Notes: a model not told the origin generated them from the letters alone. 63,390 nt of DNA, filler included, from Rhabdomonas costata (GCA_019059605.1; 45 parts of 45 records of this genome joined end to end with filler, not necessarily neighbours in it); one strand, 5' to 3'. Shown: positions 12,378 through 26,824, counted from the first letter of the whole stretch. Made by a program: numbers and translations.

Positions 12378-14221
12378 GTGCGTCTTTCTTGGAAAGAAAC
12401 TGCAATCGCAGGGTGGGAGTGGTGAACTGAGTGATTTGGTGATTGGTGATGGGTCCGGACAGGGTGTTGCTTCAGCATATTTATTTCGGCATCTCTCTTC
12501 CACAATCTGATCTGCAATGATCGAGTGGGGTTTCTTCGCCGCCAACCTTCGGGCCTCTTGCAATTTTCGGGTCTCGTGCACAAAAGAGGAATAATCCCAA
12601 AAAACNNNNNNNNNNNNNNNNNNNNNNNNNNNNNNNNNNNNNNNNNNNNTTAATTAATTAANNNNNNNNNNNNNNNNNNNNNNNNNNNNNNNNNNNNNNN
12701 NNNNNGGGGTGGGGGGGTGGCAAAACCCCGGAGAGGTTAAATCGAACACTCAATTCACGAGAAAGAAATATTATTCGAAATTCAATTTCCCCACATCTCG
12801 AATACCTTGGCTCTTTTGGCTAGACTTTTTGTACCGCTTCTTGAACGCAGGGGATTTGAAAAAATACTGCTGGAAGTCTCAATAAATGAGAGTGAAGGGA
12901 GGACAGACGGGCTTTACTCCACCCCGACTTTGTTGTTAAAAAATTAACTCCCGCCTCCGAGCAAATTGAACCAGGGCGTCGCGTTGGAAGCACTATTTGG
13001 TTGAAGTTTCGTTTGCGGAGGCAAAGTTGACTGACTTGCATGACGACGTCATTTGCGTCATGCATTGCCACGATGTCTAGTTTTCGAAGCCCGCATGGAA
13101 GGAGGATGGATAGTGGCCAACATAGAACCATTCATACATTTTTAATCGAATAACCAATATCTGCATCAATGTCGCTGTGAAACACCGTTGCCTTGGCGAC
13201 ACCGTGATCATTCAAAAGACGTGACCTCAAGCACAACGAGTGGGAGATGGGTACTATTTTTGCTTCGTATTACTGAAACAACCTTATTTGGCCAATCTTT
13301 GAAGGATCCCTTTGCCTTCTCTTATCCAAACCACTGTGAACCAGCACATTTTAATTCCAAATGAGGGAAACAGGTGCGAAGAAAAACCTTTCAGCGCGGC
13401 ATCGTATGCTCGTGCGGTGCGGCGCCAGTTTTCAAATGCCGTTCGACCGGGAGCATAAAGTCAAATGAGGAAAGCAGTGCTCCCCCCAAGGAAACACGGC
13501 CCACGCAAATAAAGAGAAACACAACCACCAGCACTGCGAATAAAACAATAATCAGCATCACCCAGGCCTCCCAGTGGCCCGACTCACCAGATATTCCACT
13601 GGTGGTTGTGCGTGTCCTTTAGAATCACAGTGTCATGGTCAAAGGCAGAGGTGGTGGTCAGCTCCAGCAGCCTTTGATACCGGGACTGGTTCAGGAACAG
13701 CGGCCTGTGGACCAACCGAGAAAGGAACCAGCGGAGCCCGAAATATTCTTGAGTTCTCCTGCTTCAGAAGTGAAAAGAAAGGATTTGCGCGAAACAAAAA
13801 ACCACCTTTCGTTCGAAAATCAATGAAATGCTGGCTGAGAACAGACAGCTTTGGGGGCCTTTTTGTTTCGTCCCTAAAGGGTTCTGAAGGAGCCTGCTTT
13901 CACAGTATACGGGCACCCGCAACGAAAAGCTCACCTGTGAATTTTATCATTCTTTGAAAATATACTTCATCCAAGAGCTGTGCTCCGCACCTTATTTTTT
14001 CTTGCTAACAAACAACNNNNNNNNNNNNNNNNNNNNNNNNNNNNNNNNNNNNNNNNNNNNTTAATTAATTAANNNNNNNNNNNNNNNNNNNNNNNNNNNN
14101 NNNNNNNNNNNNNNNNTGTGGTTTGGCTACCGCGATGGATTGTGAGGTATGCTTTTGCCTATCGATGTCATTGTTTTTTGTTTGGGCAATTCCATAATTC
14201 GCGTGGATGCGCGTGCCTTCT

Positions 14222-14266
<45 letters not shown>

Positions 14267-14300
14267 GCTTGCGTGCGTTTCTGCTTATGTGTGTTCGCAG

Positions 14301-14972
14301 TCTCTACTGAAGTTCATGGTGGACAAGATCAAGGACAATGGATCAGACGTGGTTAACATCGTCAATGGCAAGCCGGTGACCCTGATCGAGGTCCTCAAGA
14401 AGTCCGGCATCCACGACCCAGAGTCCCTGACTGTTGAGGGCTTGGGACTGCAACCCGGGTAGGGAAGCTCTTCCCAGCCTTTGAGAGTCTTTTGCTGCAA
14501 GTTGGCGGTGCTGTGTCTTCATTTTTCTTTGGTTCTAGTCTTCAGTGGCCTGCAACCGCATCCGCTCCCGCGATCGAAACAGCCACTGGCACGGGTCGAT
14601 CTAGGGACAAACCGTTCAACTATTGCTTGCCAACAAGAAGAATTTTTGTCCTGGGTAAACCTTTCCTCACTGAAAAACCACACTGAATAGAGGTCTTCGA
14701 CAGGTGCACAACCTGCCAGGGGCGAAAATACCACATAGAGAGTTCGGTTTCAGGCTTTTTTTTCTGTGCACCAATGCACCAATGGCAAGTAAACAAAGCA
14801 ACTCCAGGGACAGCCGAACCTTTTTGCCCGTGCCATTATTTGGCTTGTCCATCAGGCCCTTCAAGCGGTTCCACCGCTTTGACATCTTCTCCAAGAAGCA
14901 CTCCCGAGGGGACGCTGCCTCCGTCGAGTTGCTGCACATCTTCCTAAAGTTTTCTAACCACACACAGGGCAG
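14301..14972 (+). CDS. AMPD: AMP deaminase(-like), exons 14301-14458 and 14856-14972
   Basis: SLLKFMVDKIKD..DVV...GKPVTLIEVL...LTVEGLGLQ..FHRFDIF...LLHIFLKFSNHTQGR parallels AMPD LLRFIK..K..P.EVV...LTL.EVF...FHRFDKFN...LREIFLK.DN.I.GR. Confidence 0.8.
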
Positions 14973-16401
14973 GTTTTGGCGGGCTGCTCTTCTTTTCCCC
15001 GGGCACTCCCGATGACTCTGTTTTTCCTTTTGGTTTGCTCGCACGGGAGTAGCGCGAGCTGTGGTCTGAGCCTGCTTCTTGGGGGCAGCACAAGAGATAC
15101 CGTCCCGCACGATTGTTTACATACTTTTGTGGCTTTGGGGGACAGGATAGAGGGTTGACTTCCACAGCTGGGGTTGGCTTCCAGACCTTTTTCTGGGGGC
15201 GTTGCAGTTATAGTGGAGGTAAATAGAGTTGAGCAAAGCGGTTTGTCGACAGCTGGATACATACGGAATTACGCAGAGCTGAATGAGATAAAAGGACACA
15301 AATGGATTTGTCGGTCATCGGGTCTCGATTTCGTTTTGACTGGAGTAAGCGTTCACCACAGTGCCCTAAGCCACCCGCTTCCCACGCGCAAACCCCGTTT
15401 CCCCAGAGCCCAGAGCCCCCCCACACCACACACACCCACCACNNNNNNNNNNNNNNNNNNNNNNNNNNNNNNNNNNNNNNNNNNNNTTAATTAATTAANN
15501 NNNNNNNNNNNNNNNNNNNNNNNNNNNNNNNNNNNNNNNNNNTGTGGTTTGGAATTCCATGCGCTGCCTGGCCAAGGTTTACGAGCGAAAAGTATTTCTT
15601 TCCCGATGTAATTACCAGCTGGGGGAGTGACACAGAAAAATGGGGTTTGAAGCGAACATCTGAAAAAGGGCCGTGCATAAGCCGCAAAAGGGGTAACAAA
15701 ACACGACTGAAGGGCAGCACATCACAAAAACTTTCCATCTTGGAATACTTTGCCTGCAAAGCTGCGACATTGGAAAACTTGGACAGGTCACGTTGTTCAC
15801 CCGTTCCACGAATAGGTGAAGCAAACGTCACCTTGACGACATTTCAGCGAGGTGCGGTGAGCCGTGCGAACTCAGTGGATCCACTTGACAGGTTAAATCA
15901 GCTCAAGCTTATTCACTTAAATCCGACTAGTATATGATAGGGCACATCTCCCACAGCCATACTTCAATTCCAAAGGCGCGCAAAGACGCGCGCGCAGACA
16001 CACACATAGTGAAAAAGCACAGGCACACCACGGCAACAATCAGCGTGCGGTTGGTTTCATCATCGACTCCTCGCTGCTTGGCAAGGAGAGACTGTCAGAG
16101 ATAAGGAGGACCCATAACCGGGAAAGCGGAGTAGAGCGCAAGAATGGCAAAAAAGGGGCGAATCTTAGATGGAGCATTCACACTCGGGACCAATGTGTTA
16201 TAATTTGCATGTGTGTGGTCATTGTTGTTCTCCTTAACCTAAACTATTCATTTGATTCTGAACCCATTACAGCCAAGGCGATGATTCAGCTCCTTTTTCG
16301 AGTAGCTGAAATGTGGTCAGGTGCAATCTCCCGCCGTTTCCGCCGCACATTTCACCAAAGGACATCGGGCAAAGATCCGAAGGCATGGAAGGGAAGTGGA
16401 C

Positions 16402-16537
16402 CTGGATAATATCCCGCTCGCAGTTGAAGGCCCTCAGCACCTTGATGTTCTGCAGAACCATGTACAGGTCCATCATTGCGGGGACAATGGCCTTGGGACC
16501 CTCGGGCTCGGCGACTTCCTCCTCTTCGGCCGCAGCA
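16402..16537 (-). CDS. Internal exon of an unknown protein
   Basis: CAG/GT borders; GC3-rich AAAEEEEVAEPEGPKAIVPAMMDLYMVLQNIKVLRAFNCERDIIQ. Confidence 0.5.
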
Positions 16538-19500
16538 CTGATCCAAAAGGAGTATTACAATCTTTGGACGTAGCATCACGTAACCGTTGGTGTTAAAGTC
16601 TCTATACCCCCCCCCAAAAAAAACTGAACTCTTGTCAATTCCCATGCTAATCACGAAGATCACGAAGAAACAGCTCACCAGGAATGCCAGGTGTTGAGCA
16701 GCAGAGAACCAAAAACATATGGAAAAAGAGGGGAAAAATCATCACAAAGATACTGGAGAGAGAGGAGGCAGGGAGACAAACGTGATTACAGAGGGAGAGC
16801 AGGAACATGAATGGGGCAGCACAAGGCACATGGGAGGACAGGACAAAGNNNNNNNNNNNNNNNNNNNNNNNNNNNNNNNNNNNNNNNNNNNNTTAATTAA
16901 TTAANNNNNNNNNNNNNNNNNNNNNNNNNNNNNNNNNNNNNNNNNNNNGAGGTTGTTTGACTAAACATGTCGACCCTAAGTAAAGTAAAACATCAGGAAA
17001 CCAGTTGCCCAGCCAAAACAGTGAAAAAAATGCAAATCAACTTCTAACAGGCAGAGAATGTCAATTCGACCGGGTCCTCTTTCCGTCTTATACGCGAGGA
17101 CTTTCTGCGTTCATTCATGTTGCGGTCTTTGCATCCGCAGATTTCGGCGGCAAACAAGCTGTTCCACGCGCCTCAGAGGTCAATCAATTGCACGAAGACG
17201 GGCAAAACTGAAAATGTTCGCTTGTGTTGGGAAGAAGGGGGGCACCTTTAGTGTACGGGACTGAGAGCGGGAGAGCGTGGCCCCCCTACCAAACGAGGAG
17301 GAATCCTCGGCAAAGGAGACCATCGCCTCGCGGAAGCTGTCCTGCCCACCACCGGAGGCTCGGCTTGGGGTACCTGCGGTCACGGCTCGGGCAGAGCCCG
17401 TCGAAAGCTGCAACCAAAAACCCATAATCTCATCCCCATGTCCCCTGACTCACGCAGACAAACAAGGGTCGGAACAGCGCACCGCACCCACCGAGCCGCA
17501 TCAGAACAAATTCAAACATAGAATTCCAAGAGCACTCGTGCTACGATCGCACTGGTGCACCTAAATCTTCGGTTACGGAGAAGACTGGCAGTGATGAAGT
17601 AACTTGCACAGCCTATTTTGGAAACAAGAGGGGCACCCAAACATCACCTCTGCCTCCGTGCCACCACGGGAGCCGCCATACGAAGGAGCGGGCTTCTGGG
17701 TGCTCGCTCGTTTGGATGGTGTAGCCTGCGAAAAGCACATTGGAAATGATGATCAAACAATGCATACACAAAGGTATGGGCCTTACCTCAAAATATCTTT
17801 CTGGCGGCAGAGGTTGTCCTTGCGTGGCATATGGGGGAACGAAAATTCCACACAACAATCGACGGTCAGGGGACAAAGCTGAGTGGAATGGATTTGTACA
17901 GTTTCAATTGGCACCGAAAACCACAGGAAGGAAATGATCAGAAGAAATCAGCGGACCCCTTTCCGCCCCGATCTGTTCAGCCCAGAGTCCAGCTCCGGCA
18001 GCTCCAGGCTGGAAGACATGGTACTACAATTAAAGGTGAGAGCTAAGATAAAAGCTTGCTACATCTAAGATTCTGCAAACATGAAAAGAATTAACGAAAC
18101 ACCCCATCGACTCACCGAAAGGCAGTCACGAGGTTCCCCGCAGGAAATCCTCCTCAGAACATCAGAACAAGTAGCGCAATAAGAAGCACCCCCCCTCGAA
18201 ACGCTCCAGGGCCCACGGATGTCACCGAATTACACCAACCACCCACACACACCCACCACNNNNNNNNNNNNNNNNNNNNNNNNNNNNNNNNNNNNNNNNN
18301 NNNTTAATTAATTAANNNNNNNNNNNNNNNNNNNNNNNNNNNNNNNNNNNNNNNNNNNNGTTTTGTTTTAGAAACCACTGTTCCAGTAATCAAACGGCAC
18401 ATACAATTGTGCACGATAGAATAATAGAATGTGCAATCGAATGTGCTTCTGATTTTGGTGGTGGCGTATACTTATTACGTTTTTCATATCAAGCCATTCC
18501 CACTATGTTCTTTCGTGAAGTCTCAAACCTTTGATTCCAGCTTTGGTCCAAGCAAATGTTTGCACATCCTTTTCGTAGACTCAATTTTGATACATTCGTT
18601 AGTTTTCTAATTAGACTTCCTAGCGTAGGTACTTCACATTGAACTTTGCAAATTTCTTGACTGCAGGCTAACTGTAGCGGTTTGAAAGCTGATTCCACGG
18701 CGCCCTGTTGTACAGCACCGGATTCGATGTTCGGCAACATAAAAAACTCCACTTGGATTGGGTAGGCGTCTTGCTCATGAGCTCGATAAGGTGTGGATTT
18801 TCATTTTGCGCAACATTACCGATCCTCTTGGAAACATTTAATTTTAGCGATAAGTTGTGTTCTTGAGGATGGAGATTGATGGTTGGTAATTTTCGGCTAT
18901 TCTATCGGAGATGCTTCAGTGTGTGCAGCAGGGCCTTGTCTATTCCGCAAGCCATACCATTACCAATGAAGCTTTGGATGACAAATTGCCTGAAACTCTG
19001 AATTGAAGATGTTTACATTTGCGTTGCTGAGCACGTAAGTCTTTATCACAGCGCGCCATTGCGATCCGATGGGGTCGTTTCTGTTATTTTTTCTTTTTTC
19101 TTGCTCATTTCAGATTTGTGTATTTTCAAAAGTGCTGGTTCACAGAGGCGCTGCCGTTATCGGATTACTCCAACATGGCCTTTGGCAGGTGTGAGCACTT
19201 TCTGATGCTTTTTTTCATTAACGCCATGCTCTGTTATTGTCCTTCGTTTTTACGTGTTGGTCGCCCCTCACGTTCAGTTCCTGTTAACATTTCTGTCCCT
19301 TCTTTTTTCTTTTATTATGCTTATAATCGCTTTGTTTCGTTTTGTTTTGGCCTTGCTGTTCCGTTTTGTGCTTGCCATTTTCCATGCGGTCGGATACTGG
19401 GTCTAAACTAAAGCCAATTTTCCTTGCTTTTACATTTTGCGTTTGTGTACATTAAGCCCGGGCGGATCCCATAAACCACCACTTCATGCGCGGCCATTTT

Positions 19501-21181
19501 TGTACGGAACACCGTCAGTCATCTTGACTACCAACGGGCCCCGCACGAGGTCCAACGCACACTTCTTGCATGACCCCAACTTTTTTCAGGAGAAGCGGAG
19601 GACGGTGAAACCACCTCTTGGCGGCTCTTTTTTTGTTTTATAGCACGTAGATCATTTCCACAGCTCGGCGNNNNNNNNNNNNNNNNNNNNNNNNNNNNNN
19701 NNNNNNNNNNNNNNTTAATTAATTAANNNNNNNNNNNNNNNNNNNNNNNNNNNNNNNNNNNNNNNNNNNNCTTTTCGTTTTCCTCGCCTGTTTTGGGGTC
19801 CTTCTTCGGAGCCTATCTCCATCCTGCAGTTAGCTGAAGGTCTGCTCGGGAGGCCCTCTGCTGTCTTGTTTTTAGCGATGAAAGCGGTGACAGCCAAGTT
19901 GCGAGGGTGGTGTTCTTTGACACCGACGCTTCCTCCACAGCAGTTTTGCTGAGGTATCGCCCCCTCCCCCGAGCTACCGCACGTGTCTGTCTTTTCTCAT
20001 CTTTTTCTATGCAGCTATTTCATTTTTCTTGATGCAATTGCACGATAAGAGGAAGTGTGGTTGTGGTGCTATTCTTTCAATGGAGCTTCCACGTGCTGGG
20101 TCGTTGACCCCGACTTGATGAATTGTGCCTGAAGGAAAGGGTAAATTCCGCTCTTCCAGTGCAAACTCGGATGAAGTCTGATTTCGCTGCATGCTTTCCC
20201 GAAAGTTGGGGGAGAGGGGGAGGGGGCAATATTCGAACCTGCCTTGAGACACAGGCTCATTGCAAACCTTTGTTTGTCTCTTCCTTTTCCCAGCGGAGCT
20301 CTGATTGGCCAGCGCGCCATCCAGGTTAGTGCTGCGGATGGGGCTGCACCAGGACCACAGGACTCTGCTCCGCGGTCGTCCAGCCCTTCACATCTTGCCG
20401 CCGAACAGCCTCAGACCTTCACCCCAGTTGCCCCCCGGGTATCAACCCTGATGCACACATCGTCGTTGGCCTCTGGTGCCCTCGATCAGCTCCCATGTTG
20501 TTTTCCACCCTGATTGCCGAATGCTGTTTCTAACATGTAACGTTTTGTGGATTGTGTTGTCATCCATCATTATCTTTCATTGCTTTGAAACGATGTGCGT
20601 TGTACGAAACCCGTATCTCCAACTATTTATGGCTTAATGTTTGCTGCATATAGTGCTTGATTGATGACCCACAAAGATGTTTGTATATCAGCATGTCAGG
20701 TCCGTTGCGTTTGGCTTTGTCTGCCAGGGGAGAGGTACGTACTGTCACTGCCGTTTCCTTTCACACAGAGAACGGCTTCCGATGCTGTTGCCAACGCGGT
20801 AGTTGCAGGTTACTTCAAAGGTCTGTGTTGTTCTGCTTAATTGTGAATGCTACTTTTTGGCCGGAAGGGGATGTTCAGAATAGACAGCAAACGTTCGGCA
20901 TATGTCAGGAATTGATTTACATGCAGGCACAAGCCGCGCTAACTTACTGTGTGTGTGCGCGTTTCTTTTGTCTTTACATCGCACAAACATACACAAACAC
21001 AAACAATCACACACAGACACAACTGTCCCTAAGTCAAAGAAAATTACAGGGAGATACGGTGAAACAGAAGAGGCTTTGGGGNNNNNNNNNNNNNNNNNNN
21101 NNNNNNNNNNNNNNNNNNNNNNNNNTTAATTAATTAANNNNNNNNNNNNNNNNNNNNNNNNNNNNNNNNNNNNNNNNNNNN

Positions 21182-21527
21182 GGGTGGGGGGGGAACAGTC
21201 CCGCCATCCTCGGACTCCCCCACGGCGGTCACGCAGCCCCCGGTGAAACCCTCCAACACGCGACCCCCGATCTCGCCCTCAATGCGGAGGCACTCTATGG
21301 ACGAGCCGGAGATGACGCGACCCATGGTATGGAGCGATGCCCCCACCCCGCCCTCCGCCTCGCTCCTTTTGCCTGCGCGAGCTATGATGGGCATCCCGCG
21401 TCCACGCTTGGCTCTCTCAGGACCGAACCGGGGCGGGGGGGGTGTTCGTGTTCCGTCGGTGCCCGCACCGTGGTTTCGTCTAAAGACAAGCAATGTCCTC
21501 CCTTTTGATACCCCAAGCAGTACGGCG
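21182..21527 (+). CDS. Pro/Ser-rich low-complexity exon, unknown protein
   Basis: Open GC-rich frame ending at a GTGAGT donor. Confidence 0.4.
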
Positions 21528-22963
21528 GTGAGTGAATCGCAACTGGGGACTAGCTTCGGTTAGAGTGTGGCAGGCCAAGTGGATTTTCCGTTGGTGTTGT
21601 CATCATCAGTGTATGTATGAGTTTGGGGGTTGTGTTTTCCGCAGAGGTCGGCGAACTCACCCCATTATCATCCGTTCACTCGCGTGGTATGTGGTCCTTG
21701 CTCCTTCCCCCTCCCCCCTTTCCGCTCGCCATCACTACCTAGGTTTGCTCTCCTGGGGATGTTTTTCCTAGATGAGGCTGTAGGGGCCATAGTTCCCGAT
21801 GTTCTGGGCCTATTGTGGCATTTTTCCATCACACTTGCTCATATTGCTCCATCATTGCGTTGACCCTGTCGAAGGCTGCCCCCTCTCGTGCGGTGGCGAA
21901 ACTGAAGCAGTACTGGGCAGCCTTTCCTGCAGCGGTCTGGACCCACCCATTTGTTTAGAAAGGTGCGGTGTGCATTTGCATCTGTGCAGCATTCTGGTTT
22001 CGCTGGATCCTCTTTCCAGCTGTTTTCAAAATGGTTGGGCTTAAACCTGAATGCTGACCGATGTCCATCCCCACTGTCACACAGCTCTTCGGCATCAAAT
22101 TGAAAGGGGAGAGTGGGGGCATCTTCTTGGCGTCCTGCCACCTCCGCACTGCTTCCAGGGATCCTTTTCCCCATCGGGCCACAACCTTGCGCCACCTTCC
22201 GGAGGCAGCGTATCCGCCGCAGTTGCCTTGGTGTGGTGCCCTCAAGTAAACTCAATTTCCATCGCTTTCCTTCCGGGGCACACAGACAAGATTCTACGGA
22301 TCGCATTCTCCACGGGTGCAAGCATCTGCGTTCTTCACTGGCGACACTTCCTTTGCGCTTAGCGCTTTATCCCCATGTAAAACCTTTTGAGAGGGTAATG
22401 AAGCGGGCTACCAGATCACCTTGATGTGGTTTCCTCGTGGGCTGAGTCGAGAAAGCCACTTTTGGCCCACCCCCCCCACACACACCCACCACNNNNNNNN
22501 NNNNNNNNNNNNNNNNNNNNNNNNNNNNNNNNNNNNTTAATTAATTAANNNNNNNNNNNNNNNNNNNNNNNNNNNNNNNNNNNNNNNNNNNNGGGGGTTG
22601 GGTTGAAAAATTTAGTTTCCGAGTTTAAGGAGTTTGAGGTCTCACCAATGACGTAATTTGAAACTGGTTTCCTCTTTGTCTCGGCCGTCGGCTTCGAGAC
22701 CCGTGGTGCTCACCAATATCAGTATCAAATGCAATTAGCTGAGCAATGCTAACGGCTAAAGGGACGGGACTAACCGCTAACGGTATTAAAGCGTTACGCA
22801 CCGTAAAATAATGACTTATGGTATATCGGCTCCTCCTATCGCCTTCCCAGGTCACGTTCCTGCCAGCCGCCCCGCAGTACCCGAGTATGCGGGTGCAGTA
22901 CACAATGCACGACGCACGATGCAATGGAAGAAGAAGAAGCAGAGCAACGAAACAGCAACATAC

Positions 22964-23649
22964 CGGGCGGTGCCTCCGAGGTCTGAGGGCACGTTGGGTG
23001 TGGCGCCACTGTTCATCAGCAGCTGAACGGCGGCGAGGTGGCCACGGGCAACGGCAAGATGCAGAGCGGTCACCTTGTCCTGCAGCGTGCGGCCTGAGAG
23101 AGACGAGCGAGAGAGCGAGCAAGCGAGAGAGAGCGAGGAAGGGCTACACAGGGGCTTGGAGATGAACCCGAAAAGTGATGCACCGGTGGCGGCACATCGC
23201 TTCCACAGTTACGCTGGTGCCTGTTCAAGCCGTCTCTCGCCGGACCAAGGCAATTGGTAGACGCGGGAGTCTCGTTGTTTGTAGCTTTCTGACTGCTGAG
23301 TCGGTAGTGGTGGTGGGGATGACACACTGCTCCCTCAACGTTGAGTCTGCCCCCAGATGGCAGCTGCTGTTGCTGGTTGCTGACCAAGTTATCGCTCTCC
23401 GCATTTCCATGGGTGCATCAGTGGAAGTGGGTTGGTGTGAAGGCCATGGACAGGAGGACAGGAGGGAACTTGGATGGGAGGGGGAGTCGTACCCAGCCCC
23501 AGGCGGCTGTACTCGGCCTGGTCCACGCTGCGGGGAACGCCCAAGCGGTTGACGCGGCTGGGGTTCCGCGGCATCCCCCGCAGGCACGCACCGAGCTCCT
23601 CGGGGATGCCCCGGTAGGCGCAGTCGAAGTACTCCGACTCTTCGTCCAC
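22964..23649 (-). CDS. Ankyrin-repeat protein (exons ~23649-23490 and ~23079-22964)
   Basis: DKVTALHLAVARGHLAAVQLLMNSGATPNVPSDLGGTA fits the ankyrin consensus, with AG/GT borders. Confidence 0.75.
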
Positions 23650-24003
23650 CTGACACCATCCCCCCCCCCCGAGTACCATACAGGAATACACACGGGTGTG
23701 GCTGTAAATGTCATGTCAGCACACTGATACGAGAGCGATGCCTCAATCTGCGTCAGCGGGGGCAATGGAACCGACAAGTTGCGTTGGCCACAAAAAAATC
23801 GACCTGAGCGGAATTCCGCGGAGCTTTTTTTATTGGATTTCTGACAATCCCCGGCCATCACAAATATACGTGCAATGGTAAAGAACAATTAGTCCACACA
23901 ACANNNNNNNNNNNNNNNNNNNNNNNNNNNNNNNNNNNNNNNNNNNNTTAATTAATTAANNNNNNNNNNNNNNNNNNNNNNNNNNNNNNNNNNNNNNNNN
24001 NNN

Positions 24004-25314
24004 GTTGTTGGGGGCGTAGCGACCGTCGGTAAATGGTGGAGGCATGGCCGGAACGCAGTGGAGGACATGCCGACAGGATAGCATGAGCGTAGCGAATAGC
24101 ATAGAAGGAGCATGAGCCCTGAACGCAGTAAAGGGATCATGCGACTAGAATACCCCTCTACCTTGTCGGCCCTCACATCAGTTCGTGCCTCCTCTCTTTA
24201 ACCCATACCTGTCACTTCTCTCCACTCCCCCACCATAAGGTGCGTACGTGAAGATCCGTCCGGGCGTAGACACAGGAACACCAATACGGGTTAAGGTGAT
24301 GGGTTAAGGGTACGGAGCATGGGTCTGAGCGTAGCGAGGGAGCCATGCGGAGTAGGATGTAAGACAGAGGGACGGAGCGGTAGCGGAGTAGGATAGACAA
24401 AGCTGGTTGGATGCTTACACCCTTTAGCCCTTACCATCACGGAGGCATGAGTGCGTAGCGATCATGCCGTAGTAGGGAGAGGGCATGTGGATAGAAGGCA
24501 TGAGCGTAGCGAATAGGATAGGAAGGATGAGCTCTGAACGCAGTGAATGGCATCATCCTGACAAGTAAAGGCCTTTAACCCCCACGTGTCACTCCTCTCC
24601 ACTCCCCCACCATAAGGTGCGTACGTGGAGATTTGTCCGGGCGTAGCCACAGAGGAATACCTCAGGGTAAGGGTTAAGGTTACGTTCTCACTCAAGGATG
24701 CGTAGAGGGTGGTAGAACGAAGGATGGGTCACGCAGTGGAGCCATCCGTAGTAGTGAGTCGGAGTAGGGTGTCAGAGGGTGCGTCGGAGGGCATAGCGAT
24801 AGAAGGTTAGGGTTCAGCTTCTCACTCTTCGCACCTTCCACTCTCACAGCTGGTAGGAGGGGTTGTCAGCACGATGCCTACACTCTATTCCACTGGACAC
24901 CCTACTACAGCCATGCACCATGACACCTTACGCTCACTCTCACTACCTCTATTCGTTGACAAACACACCCTCAACCTCACACCTTGGCCTCAACCCCACC
25001 ATCGCACACACAACAGTACGACACAAGCACTAACAACGTGAGACCACACACAACGCTACCACCAACAACATCCTGACCTCCTGACCCCAACCACACCGCA
25101 ACATCCGACTCCCTGACCACCAACAACCCTTCGCCATGACATCACTCTACAAGCACTACAGCCAACATGCACGAACCCAAGACAAACACACCATGACCCT
25201 GACCCTCCACGCAACGACCCTCCGACCATGCCAACACCACGACATCCTGACAGCCCACTCCAACCATAGCACTACAGACACAACACGTAACCATGACAAC
25301 CTGACACCACACAC
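24004..25314. repeat. Repeat family member with internal duplication and degenerate TTAGGG-like motifs; 24308-25310 matches the reverse complement of ~42670-43650
   Basis: Near-identical ORF translations on opposite strands (MSENVTLTLTLR.../MSESVTLTLTLR...; MTSLYKHYSQH.../MTPLYKHYSQH...). Confidence 0.9.
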
Positions 25315-25427
25315 NNNNNNNNNNNNNNNNNNNNNNNNNNNNNNNNNNNNNNNNNNNNTTAATTAATTAANNNNNNNNNNNNNNNNNNNNNNNNNNNNNN
25401 NNNNNNNNNNNNNNTTTTTTGGGGCGT

Positions 25428-26706
25428 TCACGGTGCTGCTGTTTGTGCTGGACGACACGACGGGCATCGGGGTGAGAGTGTGCGCCTTGCCCATCCAAAC
25501 ACACACACACGTGGAGCCGTGTGCTTTCTTGGAGGCCGGATGTCGCCCCGAGGATTGCGCGGTGGGGTTGTGGATGGGCGACGGCTCACGGCGTCCGCGA
25601 AGCTGCGTGTAGGGGTTACTAGCTGAGTGGGACGTGGATTGGTGCCCGCGCGCCCGGGAGGTGGAGTCATCTGTGACGCACGGGGTGGGAACCGTGTGTT
25701 CAGGCGTGAGCCGTCATGTGCGGTTCCCCCGCAGAGCTCAGGGGTGTGGCGGTGGGCGTTGGTGTTGGCTGGTCGTGGGGGCTGGTTCCCGCAGAAGTGT
25801 CAGAACCTCCACAGACCTGCACAAAGGGGAGGTCGCGCAGCCCCTAAGCTCGAGGTGGGCAGGCTCTGTGTACCACGGCTTGTCGAGCCTTGTGGTTGGG
25901 CCTGGGTCCTCGCGGGTGAGAACGGGGACCGGCGCAGGGGAGGAGTCCCCCGCGACACCCGGGTGGGTTGCTCGCTCTTCTCGCTCTCGTTCTCGCTGCT
26001 CTCGCTCTCGTTGTCCCCCTCAGCGTTGCTGCCATCCACACCGCACCACATCTCGGTCCTGTCCGAAAGGTGCATCAGCTGCGTGTTCTACTCGATTCTC
26101 CGCCTGACCGCCTTGCTGACCGTGCGGAGGAGGAGGCCTCCGGGAGGGACGGGTCTTCTTGATCTTCCTCTCGTCACTGTCCGCTTCCCGGGCGCGCCGC
26201 GTTGCATGCTTGATCTGCCCCTTCCAGCGCAGCTGCAGTTGGCGAGACCGCAGCCTGCTGGCGAGGTAGATCAATTGGCGCTCCTCATTGGACCAGCCCG
26301 ACCAGATCTCGTACCGGCGGTTACCCCGAGCGGCTTTGAAGGCCTCGTACTCATGCCGGAACTGCGGGTCCCAGGCTTAATTCGTGGTATAAGACCGCCG
26401 GCTAGTACCCACACACTGGCTCGACGATATAGTGGTCTGAGTCAGGGTGAGCTGCTCGGAAGTGCCTTCCTCCTCGATCATCTCGCCAGCTTCGGCTGTT
26501 GAATGCCCTTCCGAGGGGTTGATCCGTTCTTTGAGGAGAAGCACGCTGCTAGTGGGCAGCTGCGGAACCGGAGAGCCGGTCATCCCGGGCCGGACGTGCC
26601 ACTCCAGGCCATCCATGGGGCACTGGCTGCTCGGCCCCTCGCCTGGCTGCGACAGGGTTTCACCCATCGGATCCCAAGCCTCGGGTTCCGGGCCTTCCTG
26701 CACCAC
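25428..26706 (-). pseudogene. Decayed intronless ORF, possibly a retroelement ORF1/gag-like region
   Basis: ORFs 26706-26377 and 26274-26020 share a frame across a single TAA; RE-rich segment and RSFADAV motif downstream. Confidence 0.35.
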
Positions 26707-26824
26707 CCGGTCTGCAACCCAACCNNNNNNNNNNNNNNNNNNNNNNNNNNNNNNNNNNNNNNNNNNNNTTAATTAATTAANNNNNNNNNNNNNNNNNNNN
26801 NNNNNNNNNNNNNNNNNNNNNNNN

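Noticed and set aside
12706-14016. Short ORFs and a small palindrome (tgcatgacg...cgtcatgca, ~13037-13064)
   Set aside because: No coding bias or recognisable motif, and the palindrome is short enough to arise by chance
20294-20513. NGALIGQRAIQVS as the last strand of an RRM
   Set aside because: Plausible, but too short to support a call
25627-26502. 291-aa plus-strand ORF
   Set aside because: It is an antisense shadow of GC-rich, low-complexity minus-strand sequence with no recognisable motifs
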